Shown here: piece after piece, positions 14,501-26,340 of the stretch | Numbering within the stretch: position 1 is the first letter of the stretch | How the letters are laid out: each line of letters starts with the position of its first letter | NCBI GenBank assembly: GCA_002633005.1 | Contig: NMRA01000874.1 | Span: 1-64,000 of the forward strand | Direction: 5' to 3' | From: Phoronis australis | Taxonomy: Eukaryota; Animalia; Phoronida | DNA length: 64,000 bases | Program-made: the position numbers and the translations under genes | The notes under the pieces: model-generated | What the model saw: the letters and a program-made list of their open reading frames with translations, nothing else | The model's database searches: none | What the model was told of the DNA's origin: nothing

Positions 14501-17500
14501 TTGGCCCTGATACCCAAGACGTCATAGGCTATGAATTACAACCAGAGACAATAAAGTAGACCTAAGTGTACAAGAACACGTCTGCAACACACCAACAATG
14601 AAAAAAAAAAAACAGCCAGCTGAGGAACAAGGGAAAAATGTAGACATCAAAGCTGATAAATGATACGGTAGTGAAAGAATACAAACAACAGAGAGACACA
14701 GTATTGACAGGTCATTATAACTGAAAAACCGTGTTTCAGTGTAACAGAGTGGAAGAAACTGTTGGAGAGCATTGGACCTTATACTAGACATGCAGTCATG
14801 ACCAGTCATTGAAATTAACCAATATGTTACAATATGTATTGTGCGATCATATTTCACAATACATAGTGAGAAGGATGCTACAGGTATACATTGGACCTTA
14901 CAGTAGACATACCGTCATGAATAGCCATTACAATTAACCAATATGTTACAGTATCCATAGTGTGAACATATTTCACTATACATAGCCAGAAGGATGCAAC
15001 AGGTATACAATGAACATTATTAGTAGACATTCAGTCATGACCAGTCGTTAGAAATAAGCAACATGTGCCAGTGTACATAGCGTGAACATGGAGGATACTA
15101 GCGGTATGTCAGACCGGACACGAGATGCACTGTCAACACACCACCAGAGGGTGCTAGAGGGTATGCAGGTATTTAGTGTTCTCATTTCTGGAATCGTCTC
15201 AAGAAAGAATTGTTTTCCATCTTCCATGATGGTACTTAGCTGTTCTGAATGTAGACGTCTAAGAAGAACACCCATTACTGTCTTTAGAGGGGCCCATCAA
15301 ATAATTTGACGACATGACACTGATTACTACCTCCAAAATAACTTGAGGACATGGCTATGAGCCCTACCTACCAAATGCAGCGCGGCATGTGTCCTCAATT
15401 TTGAACATTTAAGTTAACAACAAAGGTGACTGCAGTTTACAAAAGGCAGATGATATGACAAGTAGAACAGACCAGCGTACCTCTTGTTATGCAGGTGAAG
15501 TAATCATCGTCACCCTCCTTGACAGTCACACCTCTCGCTTTACGCTTGTCAGGGTGATGCCTCAGCACTTGAGCTTTATCTGAAACCAGCAGAAAATTAG
15601 ACATTTGTCTGGAAAATTAACTACTGTCAGGGGCAGTAATTCCAAAAATACTCAATTTAAAATGTCGGAAATTTAATAATGTTCTCATAGCACTATGACT
15701 TTAGAAGATGTCTTAAGGCAGCTTTAAATTCTTTGTCACTACAGACACTGAAAATCACCAAAATGCATCGCTAATGCTGAACTCGTATTATATGAACCAT
15801 GACAGCTTTATTTGCTTAATAAAGGCAAGATTAACCAGACCAGAACCTCCCCCACAAAACATGACATCGTCTAAAAGTTATAGTGATCTAGGTTCCAATC
15901 TTTGTTATAAGTAAATTATTGTCTTAACCCCGCACTGTAAATCATTTCGTTAGTATCAGTAGATATTTTGTGTATAACTAGGATCTTGTCTCTCACTCAC
16001 TGTATTTGATGTGATGCCGTTAAATTGAGCCCAGGGGATTGTTCCAAGAAAACTGACTGAGCAAAAACAAATCTTAAATTTCAGTCAATTTTAAGATAAC
16101 ACTTTTTCTCAAGTCCGTTTCAAGAAAGAGATCTTAAGTTTGACTTGTTAAGTTTTCTTGACTCAAGTTTTGTCTAATTTTGCCTATCTTTAGATAACCA
16201 GATGTGGAAGTTTCAAAGTTTGGAAGTTGAGCCAAATTTAGACTTAAATCAAAATTGAACTTACTAAGTCAGTTTCTTGGAACCGTCCCCATAAACTGTT
16301 ACTGCAACAGTGTATATACAAGAAATATTTCAGAGGACAGATCTGCCATATGATCAAATGACAAGTTGCAGTATCCGCTGTTATTGTAGTTCACATATGT
16401 ACCAATAGATGCCGTGGACGGAGGTTCAAGGTCAGGGAATATAAGTATGTAAAATGGCCGTCAGTTTATTTGAAGACCCACTACGATAAATCCCTGCCAT
16501 CCAGAGTTACAACACTGCATCTGGCGACAAGAATAGTAGATGTCAACCCACCGATAACCCGAGAAACTGAACATTTCACCGAAAACCGCAGTAAGTTGAA
16601 CCATGGCAGTGAACATAAACGTTACTTCCATTGCACCATTCGACCCGAACGGCGATACAGCGACGACATACCAACGATGGGAGCGTTGGATTCGCGGTTT
16701 TGAACTTTACGCCGATGCCACTGGGTGCGCAGATGACAGACAGAAACGTCAGCTGTTGTTACACAGCGCTGGACCCGACGTCCAGGACATTTTCTTTACC
16801 CTGCCCGATCCGCCTCACACATATTCCGCCACAAAGAAAAAGTTGGAGGAACATTTCAAACCCATCAAAAACCTGCCGTACCTGCGACACCTGTTCCGAC
16901 AGGGGAAACAGGCAGAGGGTGAGAGCATTCTCCAGTTTGTGACTCGTCTTCGCCAGCTTGCGAAAGATTGTGAGTTTGGCTCAAATCTAGAGTCATTTGT
17001 CACTGACCAGGTGATTGATAAGTGTCTGTCTGAACACCTGAGAATTAAATTACTGGCTCAAAAGGACTTGACATTAGACAAATGCCTAGCCATAGCTGCT
17101 GCGAAGGAAGCATCCGAGCAGCAAGCGCAGGACATTAGTGGTGCCGCAAAAGTGTTTCATACCCAAGGAAGTCACCGTCCACGACACCCACCGCCACGTG
17201 GACACAACCGTTCACAAAACCCGCCGCAGCGTCCGACTCAGGACAGGAACCAAAACCCGCCACGCCGCAACCAGAACCGTCCAAACCGTGCACCGCCAAA
17301 TGGTCAGTCCGAGGAATGCTCTCGTTGTGGACAATTCGGACACTCTGGCGATGAGTGTGAGTGTTCCAAGAATGTAAAGTGCTTCAAGTGTGGACGCATG
17401 GGGCACTATCAGGTCAAGTGCTTTGGCACAAAGCCAAAACACAAAGGCTCATCAAACCGCAGACACAATGCGGTCAGACAAATCCAAACTGATGCACAGG

Positions 17501-20500
17501 AGAACTTCTCTTCTGACGAATACACCGATGAAGATGTATATGCCACGGGTGAGGAGGCGACGCTAAACATCACAATAAACGGGGTGCAAACACAAGTTGT
17601 TAATGACTCTGGCGCATCGTGCAACATCATAAATTCAGCAGTTGCGTCGAAACTCGAGCAAAGTGGTCTTCAGTCGCGATCATGCCGCCGCCGTATTTAC
17701 CCATATGCATCCCCGCCACTTCATTGTCACCGTCTGTTTGCCGCCGATGTTTCCGTGCGTGACACTGTAGTGCAGTCAGCTGAATTCCTTGTGTTGGAAG
17801 GCGATGCCCAACCCCTGCTGGGAAGGGTAACAGCCAGAGCACTCGGAGTGCTCAAAACCGAAAATGACTTTGTGAACTCTGTGCAGGATCCGATTAGCAA
17901 CACTGACAAACCGACTAGTATCGAAGTGATGCGTACACGCTATCCCGAACTGTGGAAAGGCATAGGATGCCTGAAGGACAAGCAAGTGACAATATACATT
18001 GACAAATCCGTACCGCCGATAGCTCGTAAACACAGCCGTGTTCCATTTCATAACCGAGACAAAGTTGCAGCAGAACTAGACAAGCTGTTAAGAGCTGACA
18101 TCATCGAGAGAGTCAATGGCCCGACTCCGTGGGTTTCTCGCATCGTAACTTCGCCGAAGCCAAAGAACCCAAACGAGATAAGACTGTGCGTAGACATGCG
18201 TGATGCCAACAAGGCAATCCTCCGCACTAGGCATGTGACACCTACCATGGATGAACTCATAACTGAGCTTAGTGGAGCTACCGTGTTCTCCAAGATCGAT
18301 CTACGCTCAGGTTATCACCAGCTCATACTACACCAGTCTTGCAGATACATTACCGCATTCTCGACACATTTGGGGACATTTCAGTACAAACGTCTCTGCT
18401 TTGGAGTGTCATCCACTGCAGAAGTGTTCCAGGACACCATCCAATCAGTGATCGCGGGCATTCAGGGTGCGCGAAACGTCAGCGATGATATCATTGTATA
18501 TGGAACTGACCAAGCATCTCATGATCGTGCGCTGGACCAAACATTGCGACGTCTCCGCTGGTCTTACCGCACACGCAGACAAGTGTGAATTCAGTGTACC
18601 AAAGATCAGCTTCTTCGGTGTAGTTTTCTCGAAAAATGGCGTTTTGCCTGACCCAGTCAAAGTACAGGCCCTTCGAGACGCAGCGAAACCGGTAAATGCC
18701 TCTGAAGTGCGCTCATTTTTAGGCATGGCACAGTACAGTGCCCGGTTCATACCAAACTTTGCGACAATAACACATCCGCTCCGAGAGTTAACAAAGCAAG
18801 CCGTCCTGTGGCAATGGACACAGGAACATGACGCAGCGTTTCGAGCCGTCCAAGACAGTCTAACCGAGACCGCAACCACAGCATTCTTCAGTATCAAGCG
18901 AGAATCATGTATACTAGTCGATGCAAGTCCGTGTGGCATCGCAGCCGTCCTCACGCAAGCCGGAAAGCCAATTGCGTTCGGTAGTCGTGCCTTGACTAAA
19001 GTGGAGGCACGCTACTCCCAAACTGAGCGTGAAGCTCTAGCAGTAGTATGGGCGTGCGAACACTTTCACATCTACATCAACGGATCAGCATTCAAGATCA
19101 TCACCGATCATCAACCGCTGACAACCATATGGAAGAAACCGAATCAGCCGGCGCGAATAGCCCGCTGGGCACTCCGATTGCAGCCATACAATGTTACGAT
19201 TGAATACCGACCAGGAAAGGACAATCCCGCAGACTATATGTCTCGTCATCCCGCTTGTAACTCTACTACGTCGAGCCGTGAACAAGCAATCGCGGAAGAA
19301 TATGTGTCCTTCTTAGCCCACAGTGGAATCCCGCGTGCGATAACGATGGAGGAGGTCGTTACAGCCACCAAGCTAGACTCAACAATTCAGTTAGTGATGT
19401 CCTTAGTCCACTCTAGATGATGGCATAAGATCGACGATATCTCAAATCCGAATATTGATCGTGCATCTGTGCTTGCGTTCTGCGTCGTTAGAGATGAACT
19501 CACTGTATCGGAGACAGAAGGAATCCTGATACGGGCAACCCGTGTGGTAATCCCAATTGTTTTGCAGAACCGCGCAGTAGAGCTCGCACACGAAGGTCAT
19601 CAAGGCATCAGCAAGACCAAAGCACTTATCCGCAGTAAAGCGTGGTTCCCGGGAATTGACAAAGCCGTGGAAGAGGCAGTTGGTCGTTGTTTGCCCTGTC
19701 ATGTGAACATTATATTATCAAACTTATGTTCTTCTGGACTCAGCAAATCTCCCGTCATGTGTAGGCAAAACTTTCATAACACTAATGGCACCTACACACT
19801 TCAAATGGACTCCCTCCTAACAATTTTATGATTTTGACTACTCTAATAAATTTAATATTCAGTTAATGACTGGCATGATTTTAAACTCATTTGACCTGTC
19901 AACTCAATAAAGAAAAGTGAGTGGAAAATAACATTAACTTACAAGCTCTCTTGATCTGGTCTTCCGTAGCACCAAAGCGTAGACTCTTCAACCCAAGAAC
20001 AGCATAATGATCTTGATTCTACAAGTCACAATTCAAAACCATAATGGAATTTATCAATGAAAACTGATGATGTATGAACAACTATACCAAAGTTTTCTGC
20101 AGATAGGCCCATCTTCACATGTGCCCACTGGGCATATTAGGATAATTCTTCACAGACAAGTCCAGGGCATATATTTGGGAAAAATATACCAGGTTGAATC
20201 CAACAACTTTCGCCAGTTTCATAGGAAATGAACACCAAAATGTCACTACAGCAAATTTTCAACAATAAGCAGACATATGTTGGGACAATCACATCACCAT
20301 GTTTTGTATTCCCTCTCTCAGTGTCAATGTTTGTAACAGCTACAGTACTGACACACTAGTCTAAGAGTGCATAGTTTTAACTTTCAAATATACCCCCAAG
20401 CATACATTTGTATAATTTGACTTCATCCTAAAACTGAAATTTTCTGAATATAAACCCTGGGGTTGTCTTCAGAAAAAATCTGGTATGTATTTGTGTGAGT

Positions 20501-23500
20501 GCGTGCGTCTGTCTGCCTGTCTGTGCGTGCATGTGTGTGGATAACTATCCTCAATACCAAAGTGGATTCAAAAGGGCAGTAGAAGAACCACTATCCAGAC
20601 AAGAGAACACTGCACATCACGTAGTCTCTACAGTGAAGAATTATAACAAGCCTACCGGCAATAGTCAAAAATATACAGAGCCCAAATTTCAAGAACCACC
20701 TTGATGCCTATTATTCAGTGGAGAAAACTGGTTCTCAAAATGTGGACATGTTATATTCAACTATTGCCAGTCTACCTGGGGTGCACTAACCAAGAGTGCA
20801 TACTTTCACTTTATTTTAAACACGTAACAAGTGAAAACTTTAATTTTCAAGCTTGACTAAAGCAACAAAGCTTGAATGATTAAGGGAAGACAAGATGGCA
20901 AAGTGGTTATGAGGACAAACTTAAGGTAATATTTTGCATGGACTGGTACATTATGTGCTTTGTACTGGTTGTATTCCCCTATGTACTGCGTAATGAGTGA
21001 AAGGACGGGTGTGAAAGGGTGAAGGACCTTCGTGGACAGTAAAACTGGACCTAATCAGGATATTTTTCGTGAAAAAAAAAAAAAAAAAAAAACGCAACTA
21101 CGGGCCACTCTGTATGAGAATTTAAAATTCTTGAAACATGGCATAATTAACTGAAGAATATATGGCAATGGATATAGTAAAATCTCACCATTGCCAAAGA
21201 ATTGCCAAATTTTGCTTTTTAATATTTTAAAGACTTACAACACTGCTGTGATTACCCACAATTTCAAAAAACATTGCCTGGTACAGAACTTCAATGGTTT
21301 TGGTTCACACTGCTTATTTTCTATGAAAAGAATTAATTGTAAGAAATACTGTGTCTTAAATTGGACTATTTGAAACTTAACTATTTGAGACTCCACAAAA
21401 TTTAAGATTAGAATCATAAATTGTAGCTTGTGAACATGCCTGGTTAAGCCTGGCGAAACTTAGCTTAACACTGCTCAAAACTGCAACGACTATGACGAAG
21501 CCTCATGACAGTCCCACCTTGCACTCCCTGGGGTCCAACGTCTTCAAATAGGCCTCATTATCTTCATCCACAAAGTTCACTTCAGCACTCTCGTCCTCAG
21601 AACTAGATGAGTGTAGCGACTGGTGAGACAAAGTCTGACGCTGTTGCCTCCTTAAACAATGCGACTCGTACCATCGACCCACCGGCTCAAACTTCACCAA
21701 CCGCGGAGCTAAAAGCAAGATGAAGCATTCTGATCAATAAATTTGACCCCATACGAACGAGATAGACATTACGATGTTTAAGCCGTTTTATCAAGTAAAG
21801 TACAAATTTATTGTTTATCAGATATTTTTGTGTGTGTGGACAAGTTAATGGCACATGTGCTGCGATTGCATTCATTTAATTAGCCAGATAAGACCAAATT
21901 AGTTTATTAGATAAATCTGACTTAATAAAGTCAGCATTAAATAAATCAACAACATGCAGTTTGGTAGCCATAATGTTTGTTTGAGCTGGAAGTATTGAAA
22001 GACTCCAACTGGCACCAATCAAAGTGATACACACAGTAATGTGACTTTGTTTAGTCAGTGTTATGTACAACTTGTAGTAACTCCTCCAGTGAACAGGATG
22101 GATTAACTTGGATGCATAAGAGCTTATTTTGATTTTCCAGCCTCTAGTATACACCATAAGTAATGAAGGGGGTATTGCGCGCTGTGCTTGAAGTTGGAGT
22201 TCTGCTTAAAGGCGAAGACAACCTTTTTTCATGTCATTTTTAGCAAAAATGAGGTTCGTTGATTATCCCAGACATATTTTTCACTTATTTACTACTTTTC
22301 ATAATTAATTACTCGTCATCTACTCCGGAAGTGGTGTTTTGGGAGGCAAGAATTTCGCGCCAGTTTCTTTTTATGTAGTCTGACTGTGAGAGCAGTCGAG
22401 TCAGTCATTGTTCTACCTCCGTTGCGATAAGTTCGGTCGTCGTTTGCTTTTGCTTACGAGTCAGTCAACATGCCACACTGTTGCTGCGTACTGGGGTATA
22501 CTCATTATCCAGGGCCCGACATAACGAGCTGCAGGTCGCATTTGCGACCTGAAATTTGGAAATGCGAGCTGAGATTTTTGTCAGCTCGTATCAAGTCGCG
22601 ACCTGGAATTTCCAACGAATGCGAGCTGAGTTTTTGCACTTCTCAACAAATACCTGACAAATACAAAGCAGCTCTAACTTGTTAATCCGACCGTTATTTG
22701 CATGGTTGTTGCCAAATCCAAGTTCAAAAGAACACTAAACGAGAACAGCCCTCCCGATGACTTGTAAGCAAGTCGCGTGAACATGGGATATGCAGAATCG
22801 ATCTTTGTCGCGTTTCATTGGCTAACACTTTCGGCCACTTTTGTAAAATGCCGGATTCGCCAAAGAAAGTTTCGGGCGACTGCTTAACACATGATAAAAC
22901 AACGGTGTTTCTACTAATTCTTAAGCGATCAACTTACCAAACTTTGTGGTGGACAAAAATGTTTATTTTTCACATAAGATGTCCTTATTACATGTACCAA
23001 ATATCCATGACAATATACCTGATATCGCACAGCGGCACCGTTAGCGCGCAAGCGGTCCCAGCAGACAATCGTGAGATGTGCTTCTGCTTTTTATCGTATT
23101 AAGACAGCTAAAGTGAAAATGGCAACCTTATTAATCGCCAAATGACAGTCACGTCTTTACTTTCAGTTGCCAAGAAATTCTCAAACCCTTTACTTGTTTC
23201 TGGGGCTACGTACGCAAAATATGATTTGTCTTACACACGTTGTTGCCAACGTCTAAAGTGTAGGCCTACTCCAGCGATTCAAGTACGTGAACTCATGCGT
23301 ACGTGCCACTTCAAAGAACAGCGACAGTCCTAAATGAAAGAGTATACCGGCTTGGCTCTGGTTTATTTGAAAATGAACTCAGATTCCCAACGGTTATAAA
23401 AGACCCGATGTCCCGGGACCGATATATCATAACCCAGAACTGACATTTTCCTGTTCCTATGTTTCCCGAGATTGATGTTCTGTAAACCCTGTATTCTATG

Positions 23501-26340
23501 CCCGTAGCAAGCTATTGCAACTAAACTGGCACTAGATGCGAAATTGTGGTTCAAGTTAGCGAACTTTCCATTCTTCTCTTTATACACTCCCACCCACCGG
23601 CAACTTTTCGCTCCCCGAACCACCGTCGCTGTAAAATGTTCAGACGCCTATAGAAACAACCTTATTCCAGCTGAAGCGGGCAGTTAAAAGTTAAAAACAA
23701 AATCATTCCGGATGGCTAAAAAGGGTACAATGTAGGTGGTAACGATATCCAGAAAGCAGCCCCTGCTAGATGGAGTTTGCCTCGCAAAATCGTATAATTA
23801 TAACGTTTCTTACCATTGCAGCGTTTTAATATCTTATTACCGCAAACACTGAGGTTAACGACTATGCTCACACACAAGCCTACTCCCTACCTTTAAAGTG
23901 TTTCATAATAAGCGCTCACTGATCTATTAAAAGCCCCCCTTAAATTTTGAGAATTTCCAATTAATGAGCGCCCATAGTTCAAGCTAGCACCCATCATAGC
24001 GCACTACAAACGACCGCGTGTGGTTTAAAATTGGCACGCAGCTTATATGGTGTGTCACTTTCATTTTGCACAACTTCAGTTTTCAGAAACGTCTTTTCAC
24101 AATATGTAAAAACCAAATCCCGGCTTTGTTTTATACTTCGGAAAGAAAGTTAACACTAGTGACATTCGTGTCGTTTTGTGACTGACCTATTTTTTTGGAA
24201 GGTATTGAGGAGCAAACTCACCATTACCCGAGTTAGTTTGAATCGTTAACGACTTTGATGACAGCCAGTAGCAGGCCAGATCTAACAAAATCCCGGATAC
24301 ATTTTCAACGGGCATTTTCTCCCTTTTCACATCGCAAATTTAGCTACTCGAATGCACAAGTCAATAAAAGAGCACTGATTCAACTTTCACGTCGGCAACT
24401 TGCCTTGCGCTCTAGAGACTTTCAATGGCGTTCGTGAAGAATAGTAAGGCCGTACCTGCATGAATTAAGTCAATTTTGAGATCCAAAATTTGTGAGTATT
24501 TAACGCTGCAGGTAAGAGCATAATCTAAACATTTTCTCAATGATCTAAAAAATCTATTTTGGCGCGTAAAAATGGCGGGAAAATTTTGCGACCTGGCATT
24601 TACGAATGCGAGCTGGATTTTGAAAATGCGACCTGNNNNNNNNNNNNNNNNNNNNNNNNNNNNNNNNNNNNNNNNNNNNNNNNNNNNNNNNNNNNNNNNN
24701 NNNNNNNNNNNNNNNNNNNNNNNNNNNNNNNNNNNNNNNNNNNNNNNNNNNNNNNNNNNNNNNNNNNNNNNNNNNNNNNNNNNNNNNNNNNNNNNNNNNN
24801 NNNNNNNNNNNNNNNNNNNNNNNNNNNNNNNNNNNNNNNNNNNNNNNNNNNNNNNNNNNNNNNNNNNNNNNNNNNNNNNNNNNNNNNNNNNNNNNNNNNN
24901 NNNNNNNNNNNNNNNNNNNNNNNNNNNNNNNNNNNNNNNNNNNNNNNNNNNNNNNNNNNNNNNNNNNNNNNNNNNNNNNNNNNNNNNNNNNNNNNNNNNN
25001 NNNNNNNNNNNNNNNNNNNNNNNNNNNNNNNNNNNNNNNNNNNNNNNNNNNNNNNNNNNNNNNNNNNNNNNNNNNNNNNNNNNNNNNNNNNNGAACGAGC
25101 TAGCCAAGTACGGCGAAGCGTGTCATCCTTCGGCAAGCGACGCAAGGTACCCAAAGCGCGTGTGAGACGATAATGAGTACATCCCGGCACGCAGCAACAG
25201 AGTGGCATGGTGACTGACTTGTAAACAAAAGCAAACGACAACCGAACTTATCACAACCGAGGTAGAACAATGAGTGACTTGACAGCGCTCACAGTCAAAC
25301 TATAATGAAAAGAAATTGGCGCAAAACTCTTGCCTACCAAAACGTCACTTCAGGAGTGGAGGACGAGAAATTAATCAAATTACGAAAAACTGTAATTAAG
25401 TGAAAAATGTGTCTGGGATAATCAACGAACCTTATTTTTGCTAAAAGTGACATGAAAAAAGGTTGCCTTCGCCTTTAATCTCAAGATCATTCATTTAAAG
25501 CACTCAGGTGACATGTTTTGGTGAGTGTAAAGAATTTTTTAAAACACTGTCCCACGATCACCCATTTTCTCATTTACCGCAACTTGTGTCACAGAATCGG
25601 AGGAATATGTGAATGGCTAATCAATTATAAGATCACCAAAAATAGTAATTGTTCTTTCTTCTAATACCATTCAAGGTGTCATGCTCCAGTGAGATCGCAA
25701 CAAATTCATGGTCAAAGCACAAAAATGTTCGAAAAAAACCCACGCATCAGTCCTCCTTTGACAGTTCGAGGTCAAAGACGGTACGGCAATTGCCAATTTG
25801 TCATGGAGTGTCACGACATCGCCAGCTCCACACTTATCCAAACCATTTTGTAACCTTCCGTGATGAACCAGCAATTGCCATCCATCCATAACCCATCGGA
25901 TAATTCCGTACCGTCCTTGACCTCGAAACGTCAGAGGAGGAGTGATACGTCGGCTTTTAGGGAAATTTTTGTGCTTTGATCGCGAATTTGTTGCGATCTC
26001 GTTGGAGCAGGACACCTTGAATCGTATTAAAAGAAAGAACAATCACTAAAATTGTTTGTAATGTTGAGACCCTGTTTTGTTTAAATTTATTGAGTTTTGT
26101 GTTTGATATGGATGAATGAAGTGAAGCACCCATGGAATTGCTTGGGCAAGTGCCATTCCTTGTCCTTAGTGTCATACCTTGTAATATTATATATAGTGGA
26201 TTGGGGACGACCAAACTGCCAGTGCCGTGGCCATGTAGGTAGGGGTACTAAATGTTGATCTTTTGTCACTGTAGTGAAAACTAACCTGAGATCTGTCCCA
26301 AGGAAATAGTCTCATCTGTATCTATGGCATCCACCAGCAT
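2541..26340 (-). CDS. DNAJC2: DnaJ homolog subfamily C member 2 (MPP11/zuotin-related factor 1), 16 coding exons, ~622 aa
   Basis: Exons (minus, GT-AG, phases consistent): 26340-26286, 21708-21518, 20018-19943, 15579-15481, 14528-14384, 12691-12545, 12156-12065, 11609-11488, 11005-10937, 10490-10410, 9361-9273, 7061-6992, 5934-5759, 5437-5229, 3988-3810, 2609-2541 (sum 1869 nt). Motifs: EPVGRWYE, J domain [14 protein letters not shown]-type (RHHPDKRK), zuotin region [20 protein letters not shown], two SANT domains ([19 protein letters not shown]; [27 protein letters not shown]), ends [16 protein letters not shown]. Confidence 0.96.
3180..3611. repeat. 61-bp minisatellite, 7 copies
   Basis: ACAAGCAAAACAATCTATTCAGTTCTTCAAAATAATTTCCACTTGGGTCCCAGTCCTCCAC, period 61. 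Confidence 0.97.
6203..6413 (+). mobile_element. tRNA-derived SINE-like element, copy 1
   Basis: tRNA-like head with A-box-like TGACCTGGTTG and B-box-like GGTTCAAGTTCC; homologues at 55076-55261 (minus) and 61224-61405 (plus). Confidence 0.7.
6805..6982. repeat. Degenerate ~30-40-bp tandem repeat next to the DNAJC2 exon 12 donor
   Basis: Recurring ACAGTTTCTGAAGTGTGATTGGACAATGT. Confidence 0.75.
7401..8920 (-). mobile_element. Helentron-derived non-autonomous element (HINE/DINE-1-like) with an internal satellite core
   Basis: Subterminal inverted repeats ATGCGCCCACA (7427-7437) / TGTGGGCGCAT (8910-8920), partial IR 8891-8901, CGGA-type microsatellite ~8825-8880, hairpin CAACGC-AGA-GCGTTG (7410-7424), A/T runs at both ends, internal ~150-bp monomers in a ~454-bp higher-order period. 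Confidence 0.8.
9156..9291. repeat. 44-bp tandem repeat x3 spanning the DNAJC2 exon 11 donor
   Basis: AGTTTATTGGTCGTAGAGGTCCATCTTACCTGGTAACAGACAAC at 9156, 9200 and 9244. Confidence 0.97.
9850..10362. mobile_element. Non-autonomous TIR DNA transposon (CAGGG termini, hAT-like MITE)
   Basis: TIR CAGGGCTTGGAA / TTCCAAGCCCTG, TATATA on both flanks, repeated subterminal GCGGAAA motifs. Confidence 0.75.
11028..11302. repeat. ~26-bp degenerate minisatellite upstream of the DNAJC2 exon 9 acceptor
   Basis: CTACAGCGCCACCTGTCCACATGTCC-like units, N at 11177. Confidence 0.9.
12977..13420 (+). mobile_element. TTAA-flanked Kolobok-like MITE, family A copy 1
   Basis: TIR AGATGCATAGTCTCATTAA / TTAATGAGACATGGCATCT, TTAA at 13421; an inverted homologous copy lies at 56793-57232. 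Confidence 0.7.
14770..15110. repeat. ~119-bp degenerate tandem repeat, ~3 copies
   Basis: CATTGGACCTTA..TAGACAT..GTCATGA..AATTAACCAATATGTTACA..GAAGGATGC at 14770, 14889 and 15008. Confidence 0.85.
16034..16290. mobile_element. Small MITE (GGGG..CCCC termini, possibly Harbinger-like)
   Basis: Imperfect TIR GGGGATTGTTCCAAGAAAACTGACT / AGTCAGTTTCTTGGAACCGTCCCC; TSD unclear. Confidence 0.55.
16379..19708 (+). mobile_element. Ty3/Gypsy LTR retrotransposon (Mag-like), 3'-truncated, in DNAJC2 intron 3, antisense to the host
   Basis: Short 5' LTR-like segment TGTT..AACA (~16379-16514), PBS-like TGGCGACAAG at 16522, fused gag-pol from 16603 with two CCHC knuckles, protease DSGAS, RT ([24 protein letters not shown]), RNase H ([20 protein letters not shown]) and integrase H2C2 finger (AHEGHQG..CLPC). 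No integrase core or 3' LTR. Confidence 0.93.
16603..19708 (+). pseudogene. Gypsy gag-pol polyprotein, disrupted
   Basis: ORF 16603-18588 (gag, PR, RT), frameshift near 18555 into ORF 18467-19420 (RT end, RNase H), in-frame TGA at 19418-19420, then the integrase Zn finger in 19469-19708 and an abrupt end. Confidence 0.9.
22510..24635. mobile_element. hAT-like non-autonomous element nested in the Kolobok-like element (right end in the assembly gap)
   Basis: Starts CAGGGCCCGACATAAC exactly where arm homology breaks; TGCGACCTG/TGCGAGCTG subterminal motifs cluster at 22530-22630 and 24585-24635. Confidence 0.65.
24636..25092. other. Assembly gap (457 N)
   Basis: Run of N. Single Ns also occur at 11177, 39856 and 59839. 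Confidence 1.
25647..26215. mobile_element. Foldback/palindromic MITE-like repeat with a unique tail, family B copy 1
   Basis: Long inverted arms 25647-~25790 vs ~25905-26043, then a ~170-bp tail; homologous to 48281-48805. Confidence 0.75.

Larger units (their letters stand above)
22210..25474. mobile_element. Kolobok-like element with ~300-bp inverted arms carrying THAP-domain fragments
   Basis: TTAA|AGGCGAAGACAACC ... GGTTGCCTTCGCCT|TTAA; arms 22210-22509 and ~25168-25474 are reverse complements; the right arm reads [27 protein letters not shown] (25208->25093), the left arm [13 protein letters not shown] (22470-22509). Confidence 0.8.

Noticed and set aside
18445-18954. 169-aa antisense ORF inside the Gypsy element
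   Set aside because: Shadow ORF of the GC-richer pol coding strand, with no recognisable motifs.
19418-19420. In-frame TGA in Gypsy pol as programmed readthrough or selenocysteine
   Set aside because: The element also has a frameshift and a truncation; a simple nonsense mutation is more parsimonious.
23363-23870. Candidate DNAJC2 first exons (ORF 23363-23623; ATG|GTAAG near 23813)
   Set aside because: Wrong phase or stops, and they lie inside the nested transposon; 26340-26286 gives the correct phase and an MLVDA.. start.
24412-25241. Long ORFs of 197-231 aa in the ORF track
   Set aside because: They are open only because they cross the 457-N gap; only the short THAP-like fragment is meaningful.
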